Shown: positions 43,590-54,181 of the stretch, piece after piece
Numbering within the stretch: the first letter of the stretch is position 1
How the letters are laid out: every line of letters starts with the position of its first letter
Source of the DNA: an uncultured Gemmatimonadaceae bacterium
GTDB lineage: Bacteria; Gemmatimonadota; Gemmatimonadetes; Gemmatimonadales; Gemmatimonadaceae
Assembly: GCA_963716745.1 (NCBI GenBank)
Contig: OY970320.1
Location: forward strand, 2,464,001-2,528,000
DNA: 64,000 nucleotides
Reading direction: 5' to 3'
The notes under the pieces: generated by a model
What the model was told of the DNA's origin: nothing
Database searches by the model: none
What the model saw: the letters and a program-made list of their open reading frames with translations, nothing else
Position numbers and translations under genes: made by a program

Positions 43590-46500
43590 GTGACGCGCCG
43601 CAGCCTTGTCGCCCTCATCAGTGCCAGCGTGCTCCTCGCCATCATCTTGGTGGCGGCGATCGCGGTGTTGATGACGACGCAGACCGACTTCGGCCGCGAG
43701 CGGATCAGGAACCTCGTGCTCGCGCGCGCGTCGCTCGCGATCGGCAAGCGCGGGAAGCTCTTCATTGGAAAGATCTCCGGCTCGCTGTTCACCGAGATCG
43801 TCGTGGACTCGCTCTCGCTGCGCGATGCCGAGGATTCGCTGGTGATCGCGACGGGGCCGCTCCGGCTCACGTTCGATCCACGCGATTTCTTCGACCAGCG
43901 CATCCACCTGCACAAGGTGGACATCGCGCGGCCGACGATCAATCTGCGGCGCCATGCGAACGATGACTGGAACTATCAGACCATCTTCCCGCCGGCGAAG
44001 AAATCCAAGATCCATACGCCGGGATTCGGCGACTACATCGTGGCCGACTCGGTGACGCTGCATGACGGGACGTTCATGCTCACCGAGATGTGGCAGCCGG
44101 ATGATTCACTGAAGGGCGCGCGGCGCGACAGTGCGGTGAAATTCGCGCTCGCGCGCGCGTGGCCCGAAGTGCGCGTCACGAAGGAGGGGCTCAAGCGCAC
44201 GCGGCGCTGGACGCGGCTCAATATCGACGCGCCGCGCGCGCGGATCGCGATGCCCGACAGCGCGGGGCAGCTGATCACCCTCGCATCGCTCTCCACCGTG
44301 GAGAACGATCCGCCCACCGAGGTGCACAACATCCGCGGCACCGTGCGCATCCACGGCGACAGCGTGTGGCTGAATCTCTCGAATGTGGAGCTGCCGCATA
44401 CGCACGCGCGTGACCTTGTGGCGCGCATCTGGTGGGGCGGGAACAAGCCGGTGCAACTCGATCTCCATGCTGTTTCCGACACCCTGACGCTGGCCGACTT
44501 CGCCTGGGTCTATTCGGGATTGCCTCGCACCGGCGGCGGACGCACCGAGATCACCGTGAAGAACGACCCGAAAGACCTGCGGGTGCTCGAGTACGCGCTC
44601 CACGGGATGGACCTGCGCACCATGAACTCGCATCTCCGCGGGGACATGACCGTCGGCGTGGGCGGACCCGTGCTCATCGTGAAGAATGTCGCGGTGCGTC
44701 TCGAGCCCGCCGATTTCGATCTGTTGCGCACGTTCAACGGCGGCACCTTCCCGGTGGATTTCCGGGGCCAGTTCACGGGTGCCATCTGGGCGCCGGGCGG
44801 GCCGATCAACCGCTGGCGCGTGGACAGTGCGTCCCTCACCTACACCGATGCGCATGTGCCAGGCGCGGTGTCGCACCTGGATGCGAGCGGCGAGCTCGAC
44901 CTGCTCGTGCCCTCGCTCACCAAGTTCCGCGGCTTCGACGTGAATCTGAACGCGCTCGACCTGCGCACGGTCACGTACCTGTTCCCGAATTTCCCGCGGC
45001 TCGGCGGCACGATCACCGGCAGCGCGACGCTCGACTCGGTGTGGACCGATGTGCGCTTCAGCGATGCCGACATCGAGCACCACGACGGGCCGGAGGAGCC
45101 GACGCACATGACGGGCAGCGGCCGCGTGACGAGCACCGGTCCTTCGGTGCGTTTCGACGTGGCGCTCCAGGCGTCCCCGATCTCCTTCAGCGAGCTCGCG
45201 CTCTCGTACCCATCGCTGCCGATCCGCGGAACGATGTCGGGGCCGCTGCGCGTGCAGGGCACGACGAACGGCCTCGCACTCACGACGAATCTCACCGGCG
45301 ACGCCGGCACGCTCGTGGTGGATGAGATGATCGACATCGACACCGCCGGCGGCGAGGGGGCGCGCGGCACCGTGCGCGCCGCGGGACTGGATCTGGCGCA
45401 GCTGCTCGACCGCCCGTCGGTGCCCACGACGCAACTGTACGCGCAGGTGACGAACGATCTGCATGGCGATGCGCTCGCCACAATGTTCGGCACGCTCGAT
45501 CTCACGGTGGATACGTCGCGGGTGAAGAGCATCCGGGTGCCGCACGCGACGGCGCGCGCCCACGTCGCGGATGGCCACGTGATCGTGGATTCGCTCACGC
45601 TCACATCCACGGGCGTGCGGGCGCTGGGGTCGGGCATGCTCGGGCTGGCGCCGGGCGCGCATGATACGCTGCGCTTCACCGCCGACATCGATTCGCTCGG
45701 CGGGCTGCGCCCGTTCATCGCGCCGGGCGGCAACGAGGGCGATACCGTGACCATGAGCGCGGGCGAACTGCTTGCGCGCGCGCGGCGCGATTCGCTCGAC
45801 GGCACGTTCAGCGTGGCGGGATTCCTCGCGGGCTCCGCGGCCGACTCGTTCACCGCCAGCGCGACCTTCCTCGGCGAGCACCTCGTGCGCGGCGCCGACA
45901 TGGCGACGCGCCTCGCAGGCGGATTCGACGTCGGCGGACTGCCCAAGTCGCCAACCGGCACGCTGTGGATGCGCCTCGACTCGGCGCGCATCGCCGGCGT
46001 GGGGATCGATACGGTGCACGTGCAACTCGCGATGCGCGGACTCGACAGCGGCGCCGTGACGCTGTCGCTCGCGACCGTGCGGCCGGCGGGCACAATGCAC
46101 GGCGGCGCACGGATCATCTACTCCATCGCGCCGGACACGCTGCGGTTCACGCTCGACACACTGCGGCTCGTGACCGGCGGTGCTGGCGGGCACACGTGGC
46201 GGCTCCTCAGGCCCGCGCATTACGCGCGCTACAAGGACGGCGATTTCCTCGATTCACTCGTCGTGAGCGGCGGCCCCGGTGGACGGCTCGCGATCCACGC
46301 CGATCTCCCCGCAACGGGCGCGATCTCCGCGCTCCTCACCGCCGACAGCGTGAGCCTCGGCGACCTCGGGCAGATGGCGCAAGTGCGAAGCCCGCTCGGC
46401 GGCTACGTCGCCGCGGAAGTTCGAATCTCCGGGACGCGCGACGATCCGGTCATGCATCTCACCTCGCGCTTCCGCGATGCGAAATACGGCACCATCGTGG

Positions 46501-48143
46501 CGCCCTATTTCAGTCTCGATGCCGACTACGCGAGGCGCATGCTCGTGTCGCGCGCCGATTTCTTCGACAAGAGCCAGACCATCGCGACGCTCGCACTCTC
46601 GCTGCCCGCCGATCTCGCATTGCATGCCGTACCCGAGCGTTTCCCGGATGAACCGCTCAGCGGGCGCCTTCGCGCCGACAGCGTGGACATGGCGGTGTTC
46701 GCGTCGATGTCGCCGTACCTCAGCCAGCCCACCGGCATCGCGAACGTGGACCTCACGTTGTCGGGCACGCGCAGCGATCCCCAGTTCACCGGCTTCTTCA
46801 AGCTGCGCAATGCGGCCGTGGGCCTGCCGCGGTTCGGCGTGCGGCTCACGGCGCTGCAGGCGGCCGTGTCGGTGGCGCCTGGCGAGATCAAGATCGATAC
46901 GCTCTCGATGAAGAGCGGCTCGGCGAGCGGGAACTTCATGTCGCTCACCGGCACACTGCGCACGCCCGACCTGCTGGACCTCGTGGACGATCGCAGCGCG
47001 CTCGTGCTCGATCTCCACATGGTGGCGCACAACTTCCAGATCCTCAACAGCCGGAAGATCGCGCGCGTCGAGCTGACGGACAATGTGACGCTCACGGGCA
47101 AGTTCAGCGCTACGACGCTGCGCGGGCACATCGCGGTCGACAACGCCGACTTCTACGTGGCCGATCTCGCGGGAAAGAAGACCGTCGTCGATCTCGACGA
47201 TCCCGAACTGTTCGCCGACCCGGCGGTCGCGGCGACGCGCAATCTGGGCTCGACGCTCCCGCCCGATGTGCGGGACGCGCTCGCGAACCTGCAGGTGGAC
47301 AACCTGGACGTCGTGCTCGGTGACAAGGTGTGGCTCCGGTCGGACGTCGCCGAGATCAAACTCGGCGGCGCGGTGGTGATCACCGGCTCGGGCACGCGCA
47401 GTCTGAACGGGAAGATCTTCGTGCAGCACGGCACCTACCGGCTGGACCTCGGGCTCGTGCAGCGCACCTTCACCGTGGACTCGGGCAGCGTGCGCTTCTA
47501 CGGCGACGTGGAGAAGGGAGGCCTGCTGGATGTGTGGGCCTCGAGCACGGTGCGTCAGGCGAATCGCCAGGGCGAGGACGTGAAGATCCTCGCGCACATC
47601 ACCGGCACCACGAACGATCCGCGTCCGGAGTTCTCGAGCGGCGAGCGGTATGCGCTGTCGGAGCCGGAGATCCTGAGCTATCTGATCTTCGGCCAGCCGT
47701 CGTTCGTTCAGGGGACGAATTCCGCGGGCAGCACCGCCACGTCGGTCTTGCTGCCGAGCGTGGGCACCGCGATCGAGCGCGCTCTCTCGGGCCAACTCCA
47801 CTGGGTGGACCAGATCACGATCCAGTCGGGCGCGACGACGCCGCAGAGCGACCAGTACAGCGCGCTCTTCGGTTCACGGTTCGGCGTGGGCAAGCAGCTG
47901 GGTGACAAGACGTACGTCGCGGCGAATGCCGGCTTGTGCTTCCTGCAGAGCTCCGCGACCAGCGCGACCAGCTTCTCGCAGTCGCTGGGCCTGTCGGTGG
48001 AGCAGCGCCTGGGCGACAAGTACGTGCTGCAGGCGTCGCGCGAGCCCGCGTCGGCGGCGATGCTGTGCAAGCCGGGCACCACGGACATCGGGAGCCGCCC
48101 GGCGCAGTACGGCATCGACCTCTTCCGCGAGTGGACCTTCTAG
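43590..48143 (+). CDS. tamB: TamB / AsmA-like protein (1517 aa)
   Basis: N-terminal TM anchor, long beta-rich body, C-terminal DUF490-like EILSYLIFG; follows tamA. Confidence 0.85.
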   Translation: MTRRSLVALISASVLLAIILVAAIAVLMTTQTDFGRERIRNLVLARASLAIGKRGKLFIGKISGSLFTEIVVDSLSLRDAEDSLVIATGPLRLTFDPRDFFDQRIHLHKVDIARPTINLRRHANDDWNYQTIFPPAKKSKIHTPGFGDYIVADSVTLHDGTFMLTEMWQPDDSLKGARRDSAVKFALARAWPEVRVTKEGLKRTRRWTRLNIDAPRARIAMPDSAGQLITLASLSTVENDPPTEVHNIRGTVRIHGDSVWLNLSNVELPHTHARDLVARIWWGGNKPVQLDLHAVSDTLTLADFAWVYSGLPRTGGGRTEITVKNDPKDLRVLEYALHGMDLRTMNSHLRGDMTVGVGGPVLIVKNVAVRLEPADFDLLRTFNGGTFPVDFRGQFTGAIWAPGGPINRWRVDSASLTYTDAHVPGAVSHLDASGELDLLVPSLTKFRGFDVNLNALDLRTVTYLFPNFPRLGGTITGSATLDSVWTDVRFSDADIEHHDGPEEPTHMTGSGRVTSTGPSVRFDVALQASPISFSELALSYPSLPIRGTMSGPLRVQGTTNGLALTTNLTGDAGTLVVDEMIDIDTAGGEGARGTVRAAGLDLAQLLDRPSVPTTQLYAQVTNDLHGDALATMFGTLDLTVDTSRVKSIRVPHATARAHVADGHVIVDSLTLTSTGVRALGSGMLGLAPGAHDTLRFTADIDSLGGLRPFIAPGGNEGDTVTMSAGELLARARRDSLDGTFSVAGFLAGSAADSFTASATFLGEHLVRGADMATRLAGGFDVGGLPKSPTGTLWMRLDSARIAGVGIDTVHVQLAMRGLDSGAVTLSLATVRPAGTMHGGARIIYSIAPDTLRFTLDTLRLVTGGAGGHTWRLLRPAHYARYKDGDFLDSLVVSGGPGGRLAIHADLPATGAISALLTADSVSLGDLGQMAQVRSPLGGYVAAEVRISGTRDDPVMHLTSRFRDAKYGTIVAPYFSLDADYARRMLVSRADFFDKSQTIATLALSLPADLALHAVPERFPDEPLSGRLRADSVDMAVFASMSPYLSQPTGIANVDLTLSGTRSDPQFTGFFKLRNAAVGLPRFGVRLTALQAAVSVAPGEIKIDTLSMKSGSASGNFMSLTGTLRTPDLLDLVDDRSALVLDLHMVAHNFQILNSRKIARVELTDNVTLTGKFSATTLRGHIAVDNADFYVADLAGKKTVVDLDDPELFADPAVAATRNLGSTLPPDVRDALANLQVDNLDVVLGDKVWLRSDVAEIKLGGAVVITGSGTRSLNGKIFVQHGTYRLDLGLVQRTFTVDSGSVRFYGDVEKGGLLDVWASSTVRQANRQGEDVKILAHITGTTNDPRPEFSSGERYALSEPEILSYLIFGQPSFVQGTNSAGSTATSVLLPSVGTAIERALSGQLHWVDQITIQSGATTPQSDQYSALFGSRFGVGKQLGDKTYVAANAGLCFLQSSATSATSFSQSLGLSVEQRLGDKYVLQASREPASAAMLCKPGTTDIGSRPAQYGIDLFREWTF

Positions 48144-50002
48144 TGCCGGAGCGCAATCCGGAGCGGTACCGCGCGATGGTGGAAGCCACGACGCACGCCA
48201 TTTTGCTCACCGATCTCGAGCGCCGCGTGCTGTACGCGAACCCGGCGGCGCACACGCTGTTCGGCGTGGCCGACGGCGGGCTCGCGGGGCGTTCCGCCGA
48301 TGAGCTGCTGCCGCCCGAGTCCCGAGAGGAAGTGGCGCGCCGGCATGCGAAGGCGATGGCGGGCGAGCCGCAGCGCTACGAGACGGTGGTGCTCGCAGGC
48401 GGCGCGACACGGCGCGTCGTGTCGGTGCGCAACGCGCCGCTCCGCGAGAACGGCAAGATCACCGGCAGCATCGCGAGCCTGGTCGACGTGACCGACGAGC
48501 GCCAGGCGCGCGACGCGATGGCGCAATCGGAGCGCCGCTACGAGCGGCTCGTGGACACCGCGGCCGACGCCATCTTCAGTGTGGACCGCGAGGGCCGCTT
48601 CACCTCGGTGAACAAGACGGTGGAGTTCGCGATCGGCAAGCCGAAGGAGGAATTGCTGGGCACGCCGTATCGCGATCATCTCTATCCTGAGACGCTCGTG
48701 GTGGCCGATCTGCTCTTCGCCGACATGGTGGCGGGCAAGCGCGGCCGCGCCGAGCTCGAGTACACGATGCCGGGAGGCGGCGAGCGGCGCACCGGCTCGA
48801 TCACGACGTCGCCGATCATCGAGGATGGCGTGGTGACGGGCGCGGTGGGGATCATGCGCGACATCACCGGCGAGCGCCGCCTGACGGAGCAATTGGTGCA
48901 GCGCGAGAAGCTCGCCGCGATCGGCCAGTTGGTGAGCGGCGTGGCGCACGAATTGAACAATCCGCTGGCCGGCATCATGGCGTTCGCGCAGCTGCTCAGC
49001 GGCGCGTCGCCCATGGAGGACGACCAGCGCGATGCCGTTGAGACGATCAATCGCGAAGCGCGGCGCGCGGCGAAGATCGTCTCGAACCTCCTCTTCTTCG
49101 CGCGCCAGCGCGATCCGGAACGTGGGCGCACGGATCTCAATCAAGTGATGCGCGACACGCTCGAAATGCGGCGCTACGTGCTCCGCACGCAGCAGGTGGA
49201 AGTGATCACCGAGCTCGACGCCGCGCTCCCCGCGACGTGGGCCGACTCGTTCCAGCTGCAGCAGGTGATCCTCAATCTCATCACGAACGCCGAGCACGCG
49301 CTCGTGGGCATGACCGGCCCCAAGCGCATCACGCTCGCCACGCGATTCGCCGAGGGGCGCCTCGAGGCGAGCGTGAGCGACAACGGACCAGGCATCCCGG
49401 CGGAGCAGCTCGACCAGCTGTTCAATCCGTTCTTCACGACGAAGGCGGTGGGCGAAGGCACGGGGCTGGGTCTGTCGATCTCCGACGGCATCGCGCGTCA
49501 GCACGGCGGCGAGATCCGCGTGGAATCGCGCGTGGGCGCGGGCGCGCGGTTCACGCTGTCGCTGCCGCGGGTCGATGCGCCGCGACCGTCGGCCGAGGTG
49601 CGCGCGGTGGAAGCGGCGACAGCACCCGGCGGCGCGCGCACTTTTCTGCTCGTCGATGACGAGCCGGCGATCCGGCAGGCGCTGTCGATGTACCTGCGGC
49701 GCGCCGGTCACGTGGTGGACCTCGCCGAGAGCGGCCAGGAGGCGCTCGCACACCTGGGCCGGCGGCGGTACGACGGTATCTTCCTCGATCTGCGCATGCC
49801 GGATGTGTCGGGCGTCGACCTGTACGGACGGCTCCGTGCATCCGATCCGGCGCAGGCGGATCGCGTGGTGTTCGCGAGCGGCGATGTGGACGCGCACGAT
49901 GCGCGCGAATTCCTGCGCGCCACCGGCCGGCCGTTCCTGGCCAAGCCGTTCGCGCTGAGCGCGGTGTCGGAGATGCTCGAGCAGGTGGCGCGTGATGCGT
50001 GA
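48143..50002 (+). CDS. PAS-PAS hybrid histidine kinase with receiver
   Basis: GVAHELNNPL, NLITNA, DNGPGI, FNPFFTTK, GTGLGL and REC LVDDE..FLDLRMP..KPF motifs. Confidence 0.93.
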   Translation: MPERNPERYRAMVEATTHAILLTDLERRVLYANPAAHTLFGVADGGLAGRSADELLPPESREEVARRHAKAMAGEPQRYETVVLAGGATRRVVSVRNAPLRENGKITGSIASLVDVTDERQARDAMAQSERRYERLVDTAADAIFSVDREGRFTSVNKTVEFAIGKPKEELLGTPYRDHLYPETLVVADLLFADMVAGKRGRAELEYTMPGGGERRTGSITTSPIIEDGVVTGAVGIMRDITGERRLTEQLVQREKLAAIGQLVSGVAHELNNPLAGIMAFAQLLSGASPMEDDQRDAVETINREARRAAKIVSNLLFFARQRDPERGRTDLNQVMRDTLEMRRYVLRTQQVEVITELDAALPATWADSFQLQQVILNLITNAEHALVGMTGPKRITLATRFAEGRLEASVSDNGPGIPAEQLDQLFNPFFTTKAVGEGTGLGLSISDGIARQHGGEIRVESRVGAGARFTLSLPRVDAPRPSAEVRAVEAATAPGGARTFLLVDDEPAIRQALSMYLRRAGHVVDLAESGQEALAHLGRRRYDGIFLDLRMPDVSGVDLYGRLRASDPAQADRVVFASGDVDAHDAREFLRATGRPFLAKPFALSAVSEMLEQVARDA

Positions 50003-50056
50003 CTGCGTTCGGTCGTCCATTGGCCAGGGCGGGACTTCCAGAGGGAGCGGGCATCC

Positions 50057-50240
50057 ATGACGGAACTCAAGGAGCACGACGGGATGATCTGCCGCGCCTG
50101 CGGCAATGAGGACCGCGCATCCGAGGGCGTATCCCTGCGCGGACTGCGGCACATTCATCTGTCTCATCTGCACAATGCGCGGCGTGACGCTCTGCGCGGC
50201 GTGCCAGGCGAAGCAGAAGGCCGCACCCGCCGCGACGTGA
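50057..50240 (+). CDS. Small 8-Cys (4x CxxC) putative zinc-finger protein; +1 frameshift near 50129
   Basis: Removing one base gives MTELKEHDGMICRACGNEDRASEGYPCADCGTFICLICTMRGVTLCAACQAKQKAAPAAT*. RBS GAGGGAG. Confidence 0.72.
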
Positions 50241-51178
50241 GCGCGGACTTCACCGCGCTCGGCCTGCGCGTGGGTCACGCGACCGATGCGGCGGGCGCGA
50301 CCGGGCTCACTGTGTTACGAGGCGACGGCCCGTTCCGTGCCGCGGCGGCGATCCTGGGCCGCGCGACCGGCACGCGTGAGATCGACGCGCTGAACCCCGA
50401 GCATCTCGTGGATCGCATCGACGCCATCGTGCTCACCGGCGGCTCGGCGTACGGCTTGGGCGCCGCCGACGGCGTGATGCGCTGGATGGAAGAGCGCGGC
50501 CGCGGGTTCGATGTGCGCGTGGGAGTGGTGCCGATCGTGCCGAGCGCGGTGATCTTCGATCTCGGACCGTTGGGGAGCGCGAGAGCGCGGCCGACGCCCG
50601 CGATGGCGTACGACGCCTGCGAACGCGCGGCGTTCGCGTTCGAGGAGGGGAGTGTGGGCGCGGGAACCGGCGCGACCGTGGGGAAGGGCGCGGGGATCGA
50701 GCGCGCGATGAAGGGCGGGTTCGGCGCGCACGTCGAGCGGAGCGGCGCGGTGATCGTCGGCGCGATGGCGGTGGTGAACGCGCTCGGCGATGTGCGCGAC
50801 GGTGCGGGGAAGATCATCGCCGGTGCGCGCGCCGATGGCGGCGGATTCGTCGACGTGTCCGCGCTCCTCGCGAGCGGCGTGGGCGGGAATCCGCGGGCCG
50901 GGAATACGACGCTCGCCGTGGTCGCGACCAATGCGCAGCTCTCGCGCATCGAACTCGCGCAGGTCGCGACCGCCGCGACCGCCGCGCTCGCGCGGCGGAT
51001 CACGCCGGTGGGCACCGGCTTCGACGGTGATGTGATATTCGCGGTGGGTCCGATCGAAGGCATTGTTGCGCCCACGATCCAGATCGAGGCACTGGCGGTG
51101 CGCGCGCTGGAAATGGCGATCGAGAGGGCGGTGCGAACGGCGAAAGGGCGCGAAGGGATTCCCGGGCTCGCCGACTAA
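50237..51178 (+). CDS. S58/P1 (DmpA-like) peptidase
   Basis: VGHATD..TGLTV, GTRE, LTGGSAYGL, EGSVGAGTGA, NTT and DGD motifs. The GTG start overlaps the upstream TGA. Confidence 0.88.
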   Translation: MSADFTALGLRVGHATDAAGATGLTVLRGDGPFRAAAAILGRATGTREIDALNPEHLVDRIDAIVLTGGSAYGLGAADGVMRWMEERGRGFDVRVGVVPIVPSAVIFDLGPLGSARARPTPAMAYDACERAAFAFEEGSVGAGTGATVGKGAGIERAMKGGFGAHVERSGAVIVGAMAVVNALGDVRDGAGKIIAGARADGGGFVDVSALLASGVGGNPRAGNTTLAVVATNAQLSRIELAQVATAATAALARRITPVGTGFDGDVIFAVGPIEGIVAPTIQIEALAVRALEMAIERAVRTAKGREGIPGLAD

Positions 51179-51194
51179 CCCCGAACTGCTGACT

Positions 51195-51322
51195 GCGGGA
51201 CTGGTACCGCGAGCGGCGTGTTAGCGTTGGCGTTGGGGAGCGCTCCAGCGCCGCGGAATGTCGCAGTGCCCAACGCCAACGCTAACGCGCCTTTGGCGGT
51301 ACCAGTCCCGCCGTTTGCGGTT
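51195..51322. repeat. REP/MITE-like palindrome, GCGGGACTGGTACCGC family, copy 2
   Basis: Arms 51195-51237 and 51269-51311, between convergent genes. Confidence 0.85.
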
Positions 51323-51325
51323 ACT

Positions 51326-51745
51326 CTAGCTCAGCATCGCCCCCGGCACGGGAGTCGAAGCATCCCGCACATGCAGCCTCAGCTCCCCTTGCCGCTCCCG
51401 GTCCAGTGTGATCGTCATCGTGTACACCCCCGGTCCGTCCAGGGGGAGATCGATCGGCGCGATGAGTGGCATGTCGATCTCGGTCACCTGCGGCGGCGGC
51501 GCGCCGATGTCCAGCTGGCCGTTCGAATTCCACAGCTCGGCGCCCTGCGGATTCTTCCACGACAGCACCACCTGATGCGCACCGACGTCGGCGCGCGTGC
51601 CCTTCAATCGCACCACCAAGTGTGCGCGCGGATGCACGCTCGGGAACGTCGCGACCTGCATCGCGTCGAACACGCCGAGGATGTTGAGCTTCCCCTCCTG
51701 CGATAGATTGGCGCCGTCGGCGAAGAGCGCGAAGGAGAGGTGCAT
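51326..51745 (-). CDS. Conserved hypothetical beta-rich protein (DUF6941-like)
   Basis: ALFADGAN....GKLNILGVFD and PGVY motifs. Confidence 0.7.
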   Translation of the reverse strand: MHLSFALFADGANLSQEGKLNILGVFDAMQVATFPSVHPRAHLVVRLKGTRADVGAHQVVLSWKNPQGAELWNSNGQLDIGAPPPQVTEIDMPLIAPIDLPLDGPGVYTMTITLDRERQGELRLHVRDASTPVPGAMLS

Positions 51746-51795
51746 GACGCAAGTTACCGCTGTCACCGCACGCGCGGAACGTCTAAGTTTCAGCG

Positions 51796-52722
51796 ATGTC
51801 CACGCTCGCCGAAGATGCCCTGGCCGCCGCCCCCGTGCGCGAGCGTGAGATCCCCGGCCCGTCGCTCACCGATCTGCTGCTCGTGACGATGAGCCTCATC
51901 TGGGGGATCAATTACACCGTCGTGAAGTACGGCACCAGCGTCATCGCGCCGCTCGCGTACAACGGCGTGCGCGTCACGATGGCCGCGGTGACGCTGCTCG
52001 CGGTCGTCTGGTGGACGAAACGTCCGCTCCCCTCGCGGCGCGACACGATCACGCTCCTCGCGCTCGGCGTGCTCGGCAACGGCATCTACCAGTTGCTCTT
52101 CATCGAGGGCGTCGCGCGCACGCGCGCCGGCGACGCCGCGCTCGTGCTCGCCGCGTCGCCGGCGTTCATCGCGATCTTCGGGCGCGTGCTCGGCGTGGAA
52201 CGCATCACCGCGCGCGGCGTCGTCGGCATCTTGCTCTCGCTCGCCGGCATGGCGTTCGTCGTGTACGGCCGGCAGATGGAATCCGGCGGCGGCGAAGCGA
52301 CGCTCACCGGCAACGCACTCGTGCTCTGCGGCTCGGTGGCGTGGTCGCTCTACAGCGTGCTGCTCAAGCCGCGCGCCGACCATCTCGACATCCTGTCGAT
52401 CTCGGCGTTCACGATGGCGGGCGGCGCGGTGGTGATGATCCTCGCCGGCATGCCGTCGATCGCGCACACCGACTGGCCCGGCGTCTCGGCCGTGACGTGG
52501 GCCGCGATGGTGTACAGCGGCATCTTCGCGCTCGTGATCGCGTACCTGTTCTGGTATCGCGGCGTGCAGGTGCTCGGCCCCACGCGCACCGCGATGTACT
52601 CGAACCTCCAGCCCGTGATCGCGCTCGGCGCCGCGTGGGCGTGGCTGGGCGAGGTGCCCACGCCGTGGCAGGCGCTCGGCGCCGGCACGATCATCGCCGG
52701 CGTCGTGCTGACGCGCACATGA
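51796..52722 (+). CDS. DMT/EamA transporter
   Basis: IWGINY, ten TM helices, LGVERIT, NLQPV and LGE motifs. Confidence 0.92.
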   Translation: MSTLAEDALAAAPVREREIPGPSLTDLLLVTMSLIWGINYTVVKYGTSVIAPLAYNGVRVTMAAVTLLAVVWWTKRPLPSRRDTITLLALGVLGNGIYQLLFIEGVARTRAGDAALVLAASPAFIAIFGRVLGVERITARGVVGILLSLAGMAFVVYGRQMESGGGEATLTGNALVLCGSVAWSLYSVLLKPRADHLDILSISAFTMAGGAVVMILAGMPSIAHTDWPGVSAVTWAAMVYSGIFALVIAYLFWYRGVQVLGPTRTAMYSNLQPVIALGAAWAWLGEVPTPWQALGAGTIIAGVVLTRT

Positions 52723-53405
52723 GGCTCGTGCTCTTCGACATCGACGGCACGCTGCTCTGGAGCGACGGTGCGGGGCGGCGGTCGATGACCGTCGCGCTCA
52801 CCGAGGCGGCGGGCTCGGCGGGCCCCGCCGGTTATCGCTACGATGGCAAGACCGACGGCCAGATCGTGCGCGATCTGCTCGTGGCGTGCGGCGTGGAGCC
52901 GTCGGAGATCGAAGCGATGATCCCGCGCGTCATCGCGCGGTATCTGGCGTTGCTCGCCGACGATCTGCGCGAGCGCCGGCTGCGCCTCTTCCCCGGCGTG
53001 GCCGATCTGCTCGATGCGGTGGACGCGGACACCGAGCTCACGCTCGGCCTGCTCACCGGCAACGTGCGCACGGGCGCGGAGCTCAAGTTGCGCGCGGCCG
53101 GCCTCGACTTCTCGCGGTTCCGCGTGGGCGCGTTCGGCTCCGATCATCATGACCGGCCCGAGCTGCCGGCGATCGCGCAGCGGCGCTTCGCGGAAACGCA
53201 CGGGCGGCCGGTGGCCGGCGATCGCGTGGTGGTGATCGGCGACACGCCGGCCGACATCGCGTGCGGGCGCGGGATCGGCGCGCGCGCGATCGCCGTGGCG
53301 ACGGGGCATTTCAAGGTGGACGATCTGGCGCAGCACGCCCCGGCGGCGGTGTTCGCGTCGCTCGAGGACACGGCCGCCGTCATGCGCGCGATCCGCGATG
53401 AGTGA
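52719..53405 (+). CDS. HAD-family hydrolase
   Basis: LFDIDGTL, LTGN and IGDTPAD motifs. Confidence 0.92.
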   Translation: MRLVLFDIDGTLLWSDGAGRRSMTVALTEAAGSAGPAGYRYDGKTDGQIVRDLLVACGVEPSEIEAMIPRVIARYLALLADDLRERRLRLFPGVADLLDAVDADTELTLGLLTGNVRTGAELKLRAAGLDFSRFRVGAFGSDHHDRPELPAIAQRRFAETHGRPVAGDRVVVIGDTPADIACGRGIGARAIAVATGHFKVDDLAQHAPAAVFASLEDTAAVMRAIRDE

Positions 53406-54181
53406 CCCGGCGCCGCCGATCGCGGTGACGATCAACGGACTGTTGCGCGGCCACGAGCTGCAGGGCGGCGCGACGGTCGCGCTGCGCGGCGACCTGGTGG
53501 AACTCGTGACGCGTGCCGCGCGGCACACGCTGCCCGATCGCATCGCTCGACGGCGCCCGCGTGCACGAGAGCGGCGCGGTGGAGCTGTCGGTCGAGGGCG
53601 GCGACACGGTGATGCTCTTCGCGGGCATCAACGGCGCCGCATCGCTGCGCGCGCTCGCGGACGAGTTGCTGCGGCGCGCCTGCACGCTGCCCGAGTTCAC
53701 GCGCGCGTTGCGCGGGCTCGGCTCGCATCTCACGCGGCCGGGCGCGGACCACGACCGATTCTTCCGGCCGCTGCTCGAGGCGCGCCGCGGCGCCGAGCGG
53801 GCGGGGAATTTCGCAGGCGCGCGCGCGGCGTTCGATGCGGCGTCGCTCCGCGCCGCGTTCTCGCGGCGGCTGCGCGAGATGGCGCACGAGCGGTGGCCCG
53901 ACGAACCGCCGGAGCGGCGCGCGCTCGAGGCGGAGGCGGTGGACACCGCCGCGCCGCTGTTCAACGCGATCGCCGCACTGGAGGAGGAGCAGCGCGCGTT
54001 CGACGCCAGCGCCGATTTCGACCGCTTCGCGCGCTGGCGCGCATGGACCGCGGCGCTGCAGCGCGTGTTCGAGCGCGCCGACGAATCCTGGCTCGAGTTG
54101 CAGCCGGCGTTCGCCGCGGTGCCGGTGAAGCCGCGCGGATGGCGCCGGATCTTCCGGCGGCGGCGCGAGGCCGACGCATGA
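53398..54181 (+). CDS. Hypothetical protein; frameshift near 53535
   Basis: Translationally coupled at both ends; continuous reading when the two frames are joined (..LPEFTRALRGLGS..FFRPLL..). Confidence 0.6.

Noticed and set aside
44106..50278. Long antisense ORFs (704, 515 and 712 aa) and similar ones elsewhere
   Set aside because: These are shadow frames of high-GC genes, Arg/Ala-rich and without motifs.
50057..51178. Peptidase with an N-terminal CxxC extension
   Set aside because: Better explained as a frameshifted small Cys-rich gene followed by a separate peptidase.
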